From positions 124,001 to 188,000 of IMG/VR virus record IMGVR_UViG_3300022866_000322: a stretch of 64,000 bases of DNA; one strand, written 5' to 3'. Under the pieces are notes generated by a model, which was not told the origin of the DNA, searched no databases, and saw nothing but the letters and a program-made list of their open reading frames with translations. Positions 1-8,516 of this stretch are shown here, one piece after another. The translations under genes and the position numbers were made by a program. Positions within the stretch are counted from its first letter, which is position 1. Every line of letters begins with the position of its first letter.

Positions 1-2
1 CA

Positions 3-302
3 CAAGCACACGTTTGTGGTGCTGAATACTTGGAGACAGCAAGACCAGATCCTGCTTGTCATATTTTTAACCTTGGTACCAATACAGGTATTAGCAATTG
101 GGAAATTGTAAACTTCGTAAAAGAAAAATACGGTTTACCAAAGTTTACTGTTAGCGAACGAAGAGCCGGAGATCCTGCTCAATTGATTGCTGATGCTACT
201 CGTGCAAAAGAAATACTTAACTGGGTTCCTGAATACAGTAACTTGGAAGACGTTGTATCTACTGCACATCATTGGTATCTAAACAGCCTTACAAAACACT
301 AA
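3..302 (+). CDS. galE: UDP-glucose 4-epimerase-like protein, C-terminal part (5' truncated by window edge)
   Basis: Frame open from nt 3 (QAHVCGAEYL...). IFNLGTNTG, RRAGDPAQLIAD and LNWVPEYSNLEDVVSTAHHW match the GalE C-terminus. Confidence 0.85.
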   Translation, partial: QAHVCGAEYLETARPDPACHIFNLGTNTGISNWEIVNFVKEKYGLPKFTVSERRAGDPAQLIADATRAKEILNWVPEYSNLEDVVSTAHHWYLNSLTKH

Positions 303-880
303 TGTTTGACAAAATATTTGAATTTGAACAAGCACTTGCAGAATACACAGGTGCTCCGTATGCAGTAATGACCGATTGTTGTACACATGCACTGGAACTT
401 TGCTTTAGATTAAAACAGGTTAAACGTGTACAGTTTACCTGTTACACATACCTGAGCATACCCATGTTGATGCACAAACTTGGTATCGAATATGAGTTGG
501 TTCCAGAGAAATGGACAGGCGAGTATCGATTTTATGGCACGGATATTTGGGATAGCGCACGTAAAGTAGAGCGTGGCATGTATCAAGCAGGACAAATGCA
601 GTGTTTAAGTTTTGGTTACGGAAAGCCTTTACATATAGGACACGGTGGTGCTATACTAGTAGATGATGTAGAAACTTATGATCAGCTATCGCAAATGAGA
701 TATGACGGTCGGGACTTGAACATTAGTCCATGGGAGCAACAGAGATCATTTAGGGTAGGGTATCATTACAAACCAGCAATTGAAGATGCTGTGCTAGGAT
801 TAGAAAAATTATCAGTACTGGAAGAACAGTCTAAATATCATCAATATCCAGACCTAAGAGAGATTGAAATACATGATTAG
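302..880 (+). CDS. Short DegT/DnrJ/EryC1/StrS-family PLP aminotransferase-like protein (~192 aa)
   Basis: FEQALAEYTGAPYAV..DCCTHALEL and CLSFGYGKPLHIGHGGAIL (SFxxxK Schiff-base Lys). ATG at 302 is coupled to the upstream stop (TAATG). Confidence 0.75.
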   Translation: MFDKIFEFEQALAEYTGAPYAVMTDCCTHALELCFRLKQVKRVQFTCYTYLSIPMLMHKLGIEYELVPEKWTGEYRFYGTDIWDSARKVERGMYQAGQMQCLSFGYGKPLHIGHGGAILVDDVETYDQLSQMRYDGRDLNISPWEQQRSFRVGYHYKPAIEDAVLGLEKLSVLEEQSKYHQYPDLREIEIHD

Positions 881-1556
881 CAAAACTATTAAAGACAGAA
901 TTGAACAAGCAGGCAAACGCTACTGGGCAGGCGATAACATCAGTGAGCATATTCAAGAAGGAGATCTGGATCAGCTGGTGGATGAACTTACTGGTAAGTT
1001 TTCGGGTGTGTTGGATAGTTTGGTTATTGACCAAGCAAATGATCCCAACAGCAAAGGCACAGCAAAGCGTCTTGCTAAGATGTATATACATGAACTTATG
1101 GCAGGGCGGTATGATCCAATGCCTCCGGCAACAGCATTCCCAAATGATTCAGATGATCGTTATGACGGTATGCTAGTAGTACGTAGCGAACTAAAGAGCA
1201 TGTGTTCACATCACCATCAGCCTGTTACAGGCATAGCCTATATTGGTATTATTGCCGCAGACAAACTTATTGGCCTAAGCAAGTATACCCGTATTGCACA
1301 GTGGTGTGCTAGACGTGGTACGTTGCAAGAAGAACTTGCAAACGACATTGCACGTGAGATTGGTAACGCAACCGACGCAAAGCATTTGGGTGTTTACATC
1401 CAAGCAACACACGGGTGTTGTGAAAATAGAGGCATTATGGCACATAGTAGTCTTACGCAAACTACTGTATTACGTGGATCTTTCAAAGATGATCCGGGCA
1501 CAAAGAAAGAGTTCTTTGACAACATCAAACTGCAACAGGAGTTTTCGCCAAGATAA
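873..1556 (+). CDS. folE: GTP cyclohydrolase I
   Basis: SMCSHHH, LIGLSKYTRI, LQEEL, ATHGCCENRG motifs. Start chosen at ATG 873 (ORF track gives 864). Confidence 0.95.
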   Translation: MISKTIKDRIEQAGKRYWAGDNISEHIQEGDLDQLVDELTGKFSGVLDSLVIDQANDPNSKGTAKRLAKMYIHELMAGRYDPMPPATAFPNDSDDRYDGMLVVRSELKSMCSHHHQPVTGIAYIGIIAADKLIGLSKYTRIAQWCARRGTLQEELANDIAREIGNATDAKHLGVYIQATHGCCENRGIMAHSSLTQTTVLRGSFKDDPGTKKEFFDNIKLQQEFSPR

Positions 1557-1561
1557 AATGA

Positions 1562-1590
1562 TTGACAAAATCATTAACTGAGTATATAAT
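1562..1590 (+). promoter_or_regulatory. Consensus sigma70-type promoter
   Basis: TTGACA (1562-1567), 17 bp, TATAAT (1585-1590), upstream of the lipoprotein gene. Confidence 0.85.
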
Positions 1591-1617
1591 AAGTACTTCT
1601 TTTCAACACTTAATGGT

Positions 1618-4056
1618 GTGATCATGAAGTACTTTTTTGTTTGTGCGTTGTCTTTATCTATTGTAGCCTGTGGTGGCGGAGGCGGGGGCGGAGGTCCAAA
1701 CGTTAGACCCACAATATCCAGCCCAACACTTTCGGCTTCTAGCAACACCAATTTTGTTGCACCAGTAAAAGCAGGCAGTTACAATCTATTTGTTAGTGGT
1801 AGCACAACTGCCCCTGTGCAGGACATATTTGTACAAGACCTAAACAATGACAACAAAGAAGAAATTGTCATTGCTGGACGTATGAGCCAGAGTGATACTA
1901 ACCTTGTAACTGCACCCGATCAAACAGCTAAAAATGCCGCCTGGCAGAACAGTCAAATTAGTGTATTTGGTTGGAACGGTAGCGACCAACTTGAAAACCA
2001 AACCAGCAGTTGGTTCACAGGAACAGAAAATCAAATAATAGGTGCCGAGCCAGGAATCGCATTTGGTGACTTCAACGGTGATAACAACACTGACATGGTT
2101 GTTGGGCATTCAACTGATATGGATTTCCTTGGAGATACTGTTGTGTTTACCAACAGTGGTACCAGTAGTTTTGGCAGAGATGATTATGCTACTAACCTTT
2201 GGACACATGATGTTGAGGTACACGATATAAATGGTGACGGATTAGATGATGTTATACTAGGAGGGTACGGTAATCCAGTTGTGATGTTAGGCGATGTATC
2301 TGGTACAATGACACAGATAACTACAGATCACTTTGGTATGAGCGGACTAGCCGCAGGAGATTTTCTAGGTGATGGTTCCACAACGTTTGTATTTGTAGAC
2401 AGTTCATTTAATACCACTTTGCCAGATAAAGCAACTAGGGAAATTGAAGATTCTAGACTGTTTAGTTTTACACAGACTGGTGCTAACACTGGAACATTCA
2501 CTGAACTAGCAAAACTGCCCAACCCCATATTTGAGTCCAGTGACTTTGATTCTTTGTTTGCTGTAGGTGTAGAACGTAGTCATGATATCAGAGCATTACC
2601 TTTCGACTTTAACAACGACGGTTCACTTGATGTTGTGGTTGTTAGCGTTAGCACAAATCCAAACGATGGTGTAAACAGAACTGAAGTACAATTTTTACAA
2701 AACAACGGTGGCGGTAACTTTGTTGACGTGACTGACGATGTGCGAGTAGGTTGGGATAATGTTACCAACGGAGATTATAATTCGCAGTTAAGAGATGTCA
2801 ATGATGATGGGTTGACTGACATATTATTAAGCGCACAGAACAGCACAGGTGACAGCACCAGAGTCTTACTGCAAACAGCCGAAGGCAAGTATGTGCAAAG
2901 TTTTGAAGAAATTTTTGATGATTTTGTGTCAGACGCTAGAGCAAATGAGTCTAATGCTACTGGCTTGTTCAACACTGTTAGATTCTTAACTGGACCTAAC
3001 GGAGATAAACTGTTGGTTACTGCTGTAACACTGAACGACGGAAGCAATGCAGTGTATACCAGTAGGCTAGGTGATGCAGGAGGTACCACAGCGGCAGCCA
3101 GCATAGCACTGATTCAGCAAGTATGGCCATATGTTACAGATGAAGTAGCCGCACAAATACTAGCAGGTACAGCATTCACAGACTTTGCAGGATTCGATCC
3201 TGATGTACACGGACTAGGTGTAATTGATATAGATCAGGCACTGTTGCCCGTGGGCGAACTGCGCATGCCACTAGACGGACGTGAAGGGACACGGGCCATT
3301 AACGGTGAGATCGCTGGTGTAAACTTTGGCAGTTTTGATAACGTTACAGCAGTAGACAGTACTGGCAGAGGATTTGACATCAACATCAACAGTATGCATA
3401 CTCCGGACATACAGAACAATTGGTATGATGTAGCTCTAATAGACAGCATAACCAGAATGGACTATAACTTCGAGCATGTGTACAGCGATGGTATGTTGAA
3501 CTACAGTCCAACTGATGAGTCTGGTAACTTCACCATGGGGCTGAGAGATATCAAACTTGCCAAAGGCTGGTACTTGCAAGGACAGTACACTACACTAGCA
3601 GATCGCAACCCTTGGTTCCACATGAGCGGTATGTGGGGTACAATAAACAGTTCCGAAACAATAGAAACTGTAGTGACCCACGTAAAAGACAAGTTTATGT
3701 TTAACATAGGCAACATGCACACAACTACCGACTTTGATGGTGGGTTAGTAACAAATGTAACCCCAATAGACAGTGTTTGGGGCGAAATCAGCTGGAGAAA
3801 TGACGGTTTACGACTAGCTGTGGGTAGTATGCCCTATGTTGTCAAAGGCGGTATAGATGTGCGTTTACCTAGCACAATTGATTCACAAGGCGTTGTACAC
3901 TACGATACATTCAACTTTGAAATTGAAAATCAGTTTGCCACATATTCGAGTGTAAGTTACGTTAACAGTTTCCGCAACATAAACTACACATTAGGTGCTT
4001 ACAACAACACATTAGGATTCTATCAAGCACAATTAAAACTAAATCTAGCTTTTTAA
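1618..4056 (+). CDS. Lipoprotein with FG-GAP/VCBS repeats and probable C-terminal outer-membrane beta-barrel (autotransporter-like)
   Basis: Lipobox SIVA-C then poly-Gly; repeated DxNxDGxxD motifs (DLNNDNKEE, DFNGDNNTD, DINGDGLDD, DFNNDGSLD, DVNDDGLTD); amphipathic beta-rich C-terminus ending LKLNLAF. Confidence 0.7.
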   Translation: MIMKYFFVCALSLSIVACGGGGGGGGPNVRPTISSPTLSASSNTNFVAPVKAGSYNLFVSGSTTAPVQDIFVQDLNNDNKEEIVIAGRMSQSDTNLVTAPDQTAKNAAWQNSQISVFGWNGSDQLENQTSSWFTGTENQIIGAEPGIAFGDFNGDNNTDMVVGHSTDMDFLGDTVVFTNSGTSSFGRDDYATNLWTHDVEVHDINGDGLDDVILGGYGNPVVMLGDVSGTMTQITTDHFGMSGLAAGDFLGDGSTTFVFVDSSFNTTLPDKATREIEDSRLFSFTQTGANTGTFTELAKLPNPIFESSDFDSLFAVGVERSHDIRALPFDFNNDGSLDVVVVSVSTNPNDGVNRTEVQFLQNNGGGNFVDVTDDVRVGWDNVTNGDYNSQLRDVNDDGLTDILLSAQNSTGDSTRVLLQTAEGKYVQSFEEIFDDFVSDARANESNATGLFNTVRFLTGPNGDKLLVTAVTLNDGSNAVYTSRLGDAGGTTAAASIALIQQVWPYVTDEVAAQILAGTAFTDFAGFDPDVHGLGVIDIDQALLPVGELRMPLDGREGTRAINGEIAGVNFGSFDNVTAVDSTGRGFDININSMHTPDIQNNWYDVALIDSITRMDYNFEHVYSDGMLNYSPTDESGNFTMGLRDIKLAKGWYLQGQYTTLADRNPWFHMSGMWGTINSSETIETVVTHVKDKFMFNIGNMHTTTDFDGGLVTNVTPIDSVWGEISWRNDGLRLAVGSMPYVVKGGIDVRLPSTIDSQGVVHYDTFNFEIENQFATYSSVSYVNSFRNINYTLGAYNNTLGFYQAQLKLNLAF

Positions 4057-4126
4057 ACGAGTAAATACAATAGCAATAAAGTTTCAAAGGAGGCACAGTA
4101 GCACAAATAACATTTAGGAGAACCAC

Positions 4127-4753
4127 ATGAAGTGGATATTAGCAATGTTGTTGGTATCAACAACATCAGTAGCACAAGCCCAAGAAAGCGATCCAGTTGG
4201 GTACTGTAAAGCAACAGCTTATTTGGCTTTGGATATTGGAAGACAACTTAGTCAAGGACTTGACCCAACCAGTATAAACTTTTCGTTTCCCAATGCACAA
4301 ACACCAGGAGACCAGCAAAAAGCGGAAGACTGGGGTCGATCGTTGGTCATAAGAGTAGTAAATGAATGGGCAAAGGATCCCAGCCCAGAGATAATTGCAG
4401 ATATTCTGCTTCAGGAATGCCTAACAGCATATGGTGTACTTAAACAATCACACTACCAAGATGGTAAGTTTATCAAGACACAGTCTGGCTACAATAAACA
4501 AAGTAGGAGAGCCGTCTGCTACGAGCAGATAACCAGATTTGATAAGTTACTTAAACTTTATCATAAAATTGGATACAATGGTGTGTTGAATACATTCCCG
4601 CCAGAACAGGAAGGTTTCCCTCGTGAGTACGCAATTGAAATACTAAATGAAATTGAAACCATTGATAACAAACAAAAACGAGATGCATGGATTGAAGAAA
4701 AGTGGTGGACCTGCATTGAGAAGTTTGGGGGAAGTCGTGAAACCGACGGTTGA
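4127..4753 (+). CDS. Secreted hypothetical protein
   Basis: AGGAG RBS; Sec signal peptide (MKWILAMLLVSTTSVAQA); 208 aa with paired Cys. Confidence 0.65.
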   Translation: MKWILAMLLVSTTSVAQAQESDPVGYCKATAYLALDIGRQLSQGLDPTSINFSFPNAQTPGDQQKAEDWGRSLVIRVVNEWAKDPSPEIIADILLQECLTAYGVLKQSHYQDGKFIKTQSGYNKQSRRAVCYEQITRFDKLLKLYHKIGYNGVLNTFPPEQEGFPREYAIEILNEIETIDNKQKRDAWIEEKWWTCIEKFGGSRETDG

Positions 4754-4835
4754 AGATACGGTTAACTGGACTGTTATAATTCTTGCAACTGTGGTGTGTG
4801 TGGTTTCCCTTTTGGAATTATTTGATTTATTATAA
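4734..4835 (+). CDS. Small single-TM membrane peptide
   Basis: GTG-started 33-aa ORF with hydrophobic stretch WTVIILATVVCVVSLLELF, filling the gap before the next promoter. Confidence 0.4.
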   Translation, partial: VVKPTVEDTVNWTVIILATVVCVVSLLELFDLL

Positions 4836-4850
4836 ACTTGATGTTATAAT
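4822..4850 (+). promoter_or_regulatory. sigma70-type promoter (extended -10), probably giving a leaderless mRNA
   Basis: TTGATT (4822-4827), 17 bp, TATAAT (4845-4850) with TGn extension. ATG at 4857 has no SD. Confidence 0.6.
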
Positions 4851-4856
4851 GCTAAC

Positions 4857-5393
4857 ATGATAAAGAAGAGACTTACCAATTCTACTGTGGAACAGCACGT
4901 ATATAATATGTGCCGGCAGATGGACCAATCCATGTGGCGTCCAGACATTGTAGTCGGATTAACACGTGGTGGTTTGGTTCCAGCAAACATGATCAGTCAA
5001 TACTTTGATGTACCATTAGAAACACTCAAAGTAAAACTACGTGACCTTCAGCCTGGCGAAGAAAATGAAAGCAAACATCATTTAGCGGGTTTAGCACATA
5101 CTGGCAAGCATGTACTAGTAGTAGACGATATAAACGATACTGGTGCAACACTGGACCATATATGTCGTGACTGGCAAACTAGTTTTTCCAACCCAAGGCA
5201 TTGGCGTTACTTGTTCAATAACAGTGTTAAATTTGCTATGTTGATTGATAACGAGTCAAGTAAATTTATGTACAACATTGACTACTATGGCGAACAAATA
5301 GATAAAAGTGTCGAGGATGTTTGGATTGAATTTCCTTGGGAAGTTTGGTGGGAACAGCACAGTAAATCAAGCTCATTTGTATTTGACAAATAG
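4857..5393 (+). CDS. Purine phosphoribosyltransferase (Gpt/Hpt-like type I PRTase)
   Basis: IVVGLTRGGLVPA, PRPP loop VLVVDDINDTGAT, WIEFPWE. Confidence 0.9.
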   Translation: MIKKRLTNSTVEQHVYNMCRQMDQSMWRPDIVVGLTRGGLVPANMISQYFDVPLETLKVKLRDLQPGEENESKHHLAGLAHTGKHVLVVDDINDTGATLDHICRDWQTSFSNPRHWRYLFNNSVKFAMLIDNESSKFMYNIDYYGEQIDKSVEDVWIEFPWEVWWEQHSKSSSFVFDK

Positions 5394-5924
5394 ATGGAAC
5401 TTAGCCCGTATGGTGGAGAAATAAAACAATTTTTTGATAACGAAACCTTGGGTTATTTTGCTCAAGTATTCAATTTGTTCACCCCTTCGAGAACAGAATA
5501 TCAAGCTATTTCGGATGCTCTGTGTGAAAAATTTAACACCAGTGGTGAAACCAGAAGAGAAGTACAAGAAGTCATCTTGCCGACAAATATTCTTAACCTA
5601 GTTACAGATAAACTGCGCACGTATTTTGGAAAAAACGCTTGTATTTCAGCCTGCTCATGTTGGCAAGATTATTCATATTATGAAAACAATCTGCACACAG
5701 ACGATGCTGACAGTGTTAACAATGTTCTTATTGTTGCAATAACAGCAGATCCATTTACAGGTACACAATTTTGGAGCGAAGATGAGCGGCAGTTTATATA
5801 CAGCATACTAGAGTACAACAAAGCATTTTATCTATTAGACAGCACAGAAATTATGCATGGTATGAAATTTTGGGTACCACTACATTTCCTAAGACAAAGT
5901 GTATATATTAACTTCAATAAATAG
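5394..5924 (+). CDS. Putative 2OG-Fe(II) oxygenase-like protein
   Basis: HxD (LHTDD), distal H (IMHGM), R (LRQSVY) spacing typical of DSBH dioxygenases. Confidence 0.55.
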   Translation: MELSPYGGEIKQFFDNETLGYFAQVFNLFTPSRTEYQAISDALCEKFNTSGETRREVQEVILPTNILNLVTDKLRTYFGKNACISACSCWQDYSYYENNLHTDDADSVNNVLIVAITADPFTGTQFWSEDERQFIYSILEYNKAFYLLDSTEIMHGMKFWVPLHFLRQSVYINFNK

Positions 5925-6002
5925 TTGCAACCGGCCTTTTCTGGCATTCAACCCGGTATACAAATTCTGCAAGCCTATGTTATAATAACTTTTAATATAG
6001 GA
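5925..6002 (+). promoter_or_regulatory. Structured 5' leader of queD (candidate cis-regulatory RNA)
   Basis: Nested pairings TTGCA/TGCAA, ACCG/CGGT, GCC/GGC, then CCTATGTTA/TAATATAGG covering the AGGA SD. Confidence 0.45.
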
Positions 6003-6010
6003 TAAACACA

Positions 6011-6511
6011 ATGAACAACCCAAGACAATACAAGTACGTGAGTACAAAAGAATATGTAGATCAGTTTCCTTGTGCATACAGGCAATGGAGAGCTGACAGT
6101 CACTGTAATCTGATACACGGCTATGCGTTTACAATGCGTTTCTTTTTCGGAACGGATGACTTAGACGTTAGAAACTGGGTAGCAGACTACGGTGGATTAA
6201 AAGAACTAAAAGGTGTACTACAAGATCAGTTTGATCATACGCTACTGGTTGCTGAAGATGATCCAGAACTAGAAATGTACAAGCAACTGCAAGCAAAGAA
6301 GATGGCTAAAATAACCATACTACCAAGACTTGGTTGTGAAGGACTAGCAGACCAACTGTACAAATATGTTAATGGTGTGTATATCCCAGACATGTGGGGT
6401 CAAGCAGAAGCAGACAGACTTTGGTGTTACCGAGTCGAGATACGTGAGACACAAAGCAACATGGCTTGGCGTGAAGGACACAGAGAATGGAACGAGGACC
6501 TGTTTGAATGA
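6011..6511 (+). CDS. queD: 6-carboxy-5,6,7,8-tetrahydropterin synthase (QueD/PTPS)
   Basis: SHCNLIHGY, DYGGLK, FDHTLLV, C-terminal ET motif. Confidence 0.9.
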   Translation: MNNPRQYKYVSTKEYVDQFPCAYRQWRADSHCNLIHGYAFTMRFFFGTDDLDVRNWVADYGGLKELKGVLQDQFDHTLLVAEDDPELEMYKQLQAKKMAKITILPRLGCEGLADQLYKYVNGVYIPDMWGQAEADRLWCYRVEIRETQSNMAWREGHREWNEDLFE

Positions 6512-6852
6512 GCTTGAAATATAGTTGGCATGACATTGGCGGTGACGTGGTTAAGGATACTGATGTTTATTTGCTTAAAGATAATAAAACTCTAAATAAT
6601 CTTGTATTAAGTTCTACAAAGTTATACAGAGGACAACGCACTAACGGACACAGGCACCCCGGTCAAGAAGAAGTATATGTATTTGTACAAGGCTGGGGAG
6701 AGATGATTGTTGGGGACGAAGACAGTGAACCATTTACTGTTGGCCAAGGTGATTACGTATTGATTCCAGACGGTGCATTCCACAGAGTCACAAACACTGG
6801 TGACATGAACTTGATATTCAATTGTATATTTGACGGAAAGAGAAATCATTAA
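6508..6852 (+). CDS. Cupin-domain protein
   Basis: GHRHPGQEEVY ... IPDGAFHRV cupin motifs. Confidence 0.85.
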   Translation: MSLKYSWHDIGGDVVKDTDVYLLKDNKTLNNLVLSSTKLYRGQRTNGHRHPGQEEVYVFVQGWGEMIVGDEDSEPFTVGQGDYVLIPDGAFHRVTNTGDMNLIFNCIFDGKRNH

Positions 6853-7703
6853 TGAAACTTAAAATAAGCGAACTGTTTTACTCAGTGCAGGGAGAAGGCC
6901 GTTACATGGGTGTGCCCAGTGTATTCCTGCGTACATTTGGTTGCAACTTCCAATGTGCTGGTTTTGGTATGCCTAGAGGCGAAAAGACAACAGAAGTGGA
7001 CGCTATTATTGAGCTGAACGATAAATTCAAATACAAAACCTATGGTGACTTACCACTGGTAAAAACAGGATGTGACAGTTATGCTAGTTGGCATCCCAAG
7101 TTTAGGCACTTGAGTCCTACATACGAAAACGACGAGCTGGCAGACATGATCGTGGATACACTGCCTTTTAAAGAGTGGCGTGAAGAACACTTGGTTATTA
7201 CAGGTGGCGAACCATTACTGGGTTGGCAACGTGAGTATCCTGACTTGTTGAATCAACCCAGGATGCAGAAACTAAAGGAAATAACAATAGAAACAAATGG
7301 CACGCAACCATTGCATGAGGACTTTAGGTATTTCCTAAGTGATTGGACCAGTCGCAGAAGTTCTAGTGCATTAACGTTTAGCGTAAGTGCTAAACTAAGT
7401 TGTTCGGGTGAAAAGAAGGAAGATGCTATTTGCCCTGATGTTGTAGCAGAGTATAGTCACTTTGGTTACACCTACTTGAAGTTTGTTATTGCGAACGAGC
7501 AGGATGCAGAAGAAGCATTAGAAGCAGTAAAAGAATACAGATTAGCAGGCTTTGACGGTCATGTATACTTGATGCCAGTTGGTGGCGACGAACATACGTA
7601 CAGGTTAAATAATAAAGCAGTAGCCAACCTGGCTATGCGAAATGGTTTACGTTATTCAGATCGACTCCAAGTTCCGTTGTTCAAGAATGAGTGGGGGACA
7701 TAG
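6852..7703 (+). CDS. queE: 7-carboxy-7-deazaguanine synthase (radical SAM)
   Basis: ISELFYSVQGEG, VFLRTFGCNFQC...GCDS, ITGGEP, IETNGT, RLQV; next to queD. Confidence 0.9.
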   Translation: MKLKISELFYSVQGEGRYMGVPSVFLRTFGCNFQCAGFGMPRGEKTTEVDAIIELNDKFKYKTYGDLPLVKTGCDSYASWHPKFRHLSPTYENDELADMIVDTLPFKEWREEHLVITGGEPLLGWQREYPDLLNQPRMQKLKEITIETNGTQPLHEDFRYFLSDWTSRRSSSALTFSVSAKLSCSGEKKEDAICPDVVAEYSHFGYTYLKFVIANEQDAEEALEAVKEYRLAGFDGHVYLMPVGGDEHTYRLNNKAVANLAMRNGLRYSDRLQVPLFKNEWGT

Positions 7704-7957
7704 AGTTGCCTATAAACCCCGGCCTATTATTTAAAAGTTTCGGTCACGTCAGTGGATTCAGACAGTGCAAGCACTGGGTCCCAAAGTTTTGCTTAATCCC
7801 CAAGCGATGCTATCTTAGTAATCGAATAATATTTTTAAAAAAAGCCTACAAAGGAACTGTTTCCTTATACAACTATAGAGGAAACGACAAGACAACTAGC
7901 ACGTATTGGGTGTCAGCTAACGAATTTATAATTTGGAAATTAAAAGGAAATCAATGA
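7691..7957 (+). CDS. Hypothetical phage protein
   Basis: 88-aa ORF overlapping both neighbours; ends WVSANEFIIWKLKG. Confidence 0.55.
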   Translation: MGDIELPINPGLLFKSFGHVSGFRQCKHWVPKFCLIPKRCYLSNRIIFLKKAYKGTVSLYNYRGNDKTTSTYWVSANEFIIWKLKGNQ

Positions 7958-8136
7958 GTAACACATGTGTCATCTGCAAGAAACCAATCGATGATAAATG
8001 TACATGGTCAGTCTGTGCTTTGGCAAATAAAATTAGCACTCACAGAACAGTACAATCTACCAATGATATACAGTATGATAGCAAGTTTAATCCAGAATGG
8101 AAACAAGAAATTGAAAAATACCCAGGGAGACATTAA
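7954..8136 (+). CDS. Small Cys-rich hypothetical protein
   Basis: ATGA coupling, AAGGA RBS, CVIC...C...C; TAATG coupling to next gene. Confidence 0.5.
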   Translation: MSNTCVICKKPIDDKCTWSVCALANKISTHRTVQSTNDIQYDSKFNPEWKQEIEKYPGRH

Positions 8137-8516
8137 TGTTTGACATGTTCAAGAAGAAAAAACCACAAAAGAAAGAAGCACCCAAAGCCAAGAAGACTGA
8201 TAAAGAAATAGCATCAGAAAAGAAAGAACCATGGGTAAATGTGTTAACAGTAGAAGTTGACCCAGATGATCCAGGCAATGGTGCGTTTGAACTTGATTGG
8301 AATGATCACTTTGTGGCAAAATTAGTTAAAGCAGGCTACCAACAGAAAAAAGAAGATACTGACGCTGTTATAGTCGATCGTTGGTTCCATGCAGTATGTA
8401 AAAATGTTCTAGCAGAAAACTACGAACAGTGGGAGGCTAATCAAGATCAGACAGAAGGCCGTGCAAGACAAAATACGCAGAATGACCTAGGCGAAGGCAG
8501 AACTGAAGTTTCATGA
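8136..8516 (+). CDS. Hypothetical phage protein
   Basis: 126-aa ORF, GGAG RBS; GAFELDWN motif. Confidence 0.7.
   Translation: MFDMFKKKKPQKKEAPKAKKTDKEIASEKKEPWVNVLTVEVDPDDPGNGAFELDWNDHFVAKLVKAGYQQKKEDTDAVIVDRWFHAVCKNVLAENYEQWEANQDQTEGRARQNTQNDLGEGRTEVS

Noticed and set aside
1470-1751. Minus-strand ORF with poly-Pro; GGN tract as a possible phase-variable repeat
   Set aside because: Mirror of the Gly8 linker after the lipobox; mixed codons, not a pure SSR.
4086-4110. Strong AAGGAGG with no start codon at suitable spacing
   Set aside because: Possibly a remnant of a lost gene, but no supportable ORF; the next gene has its own AGGAG.
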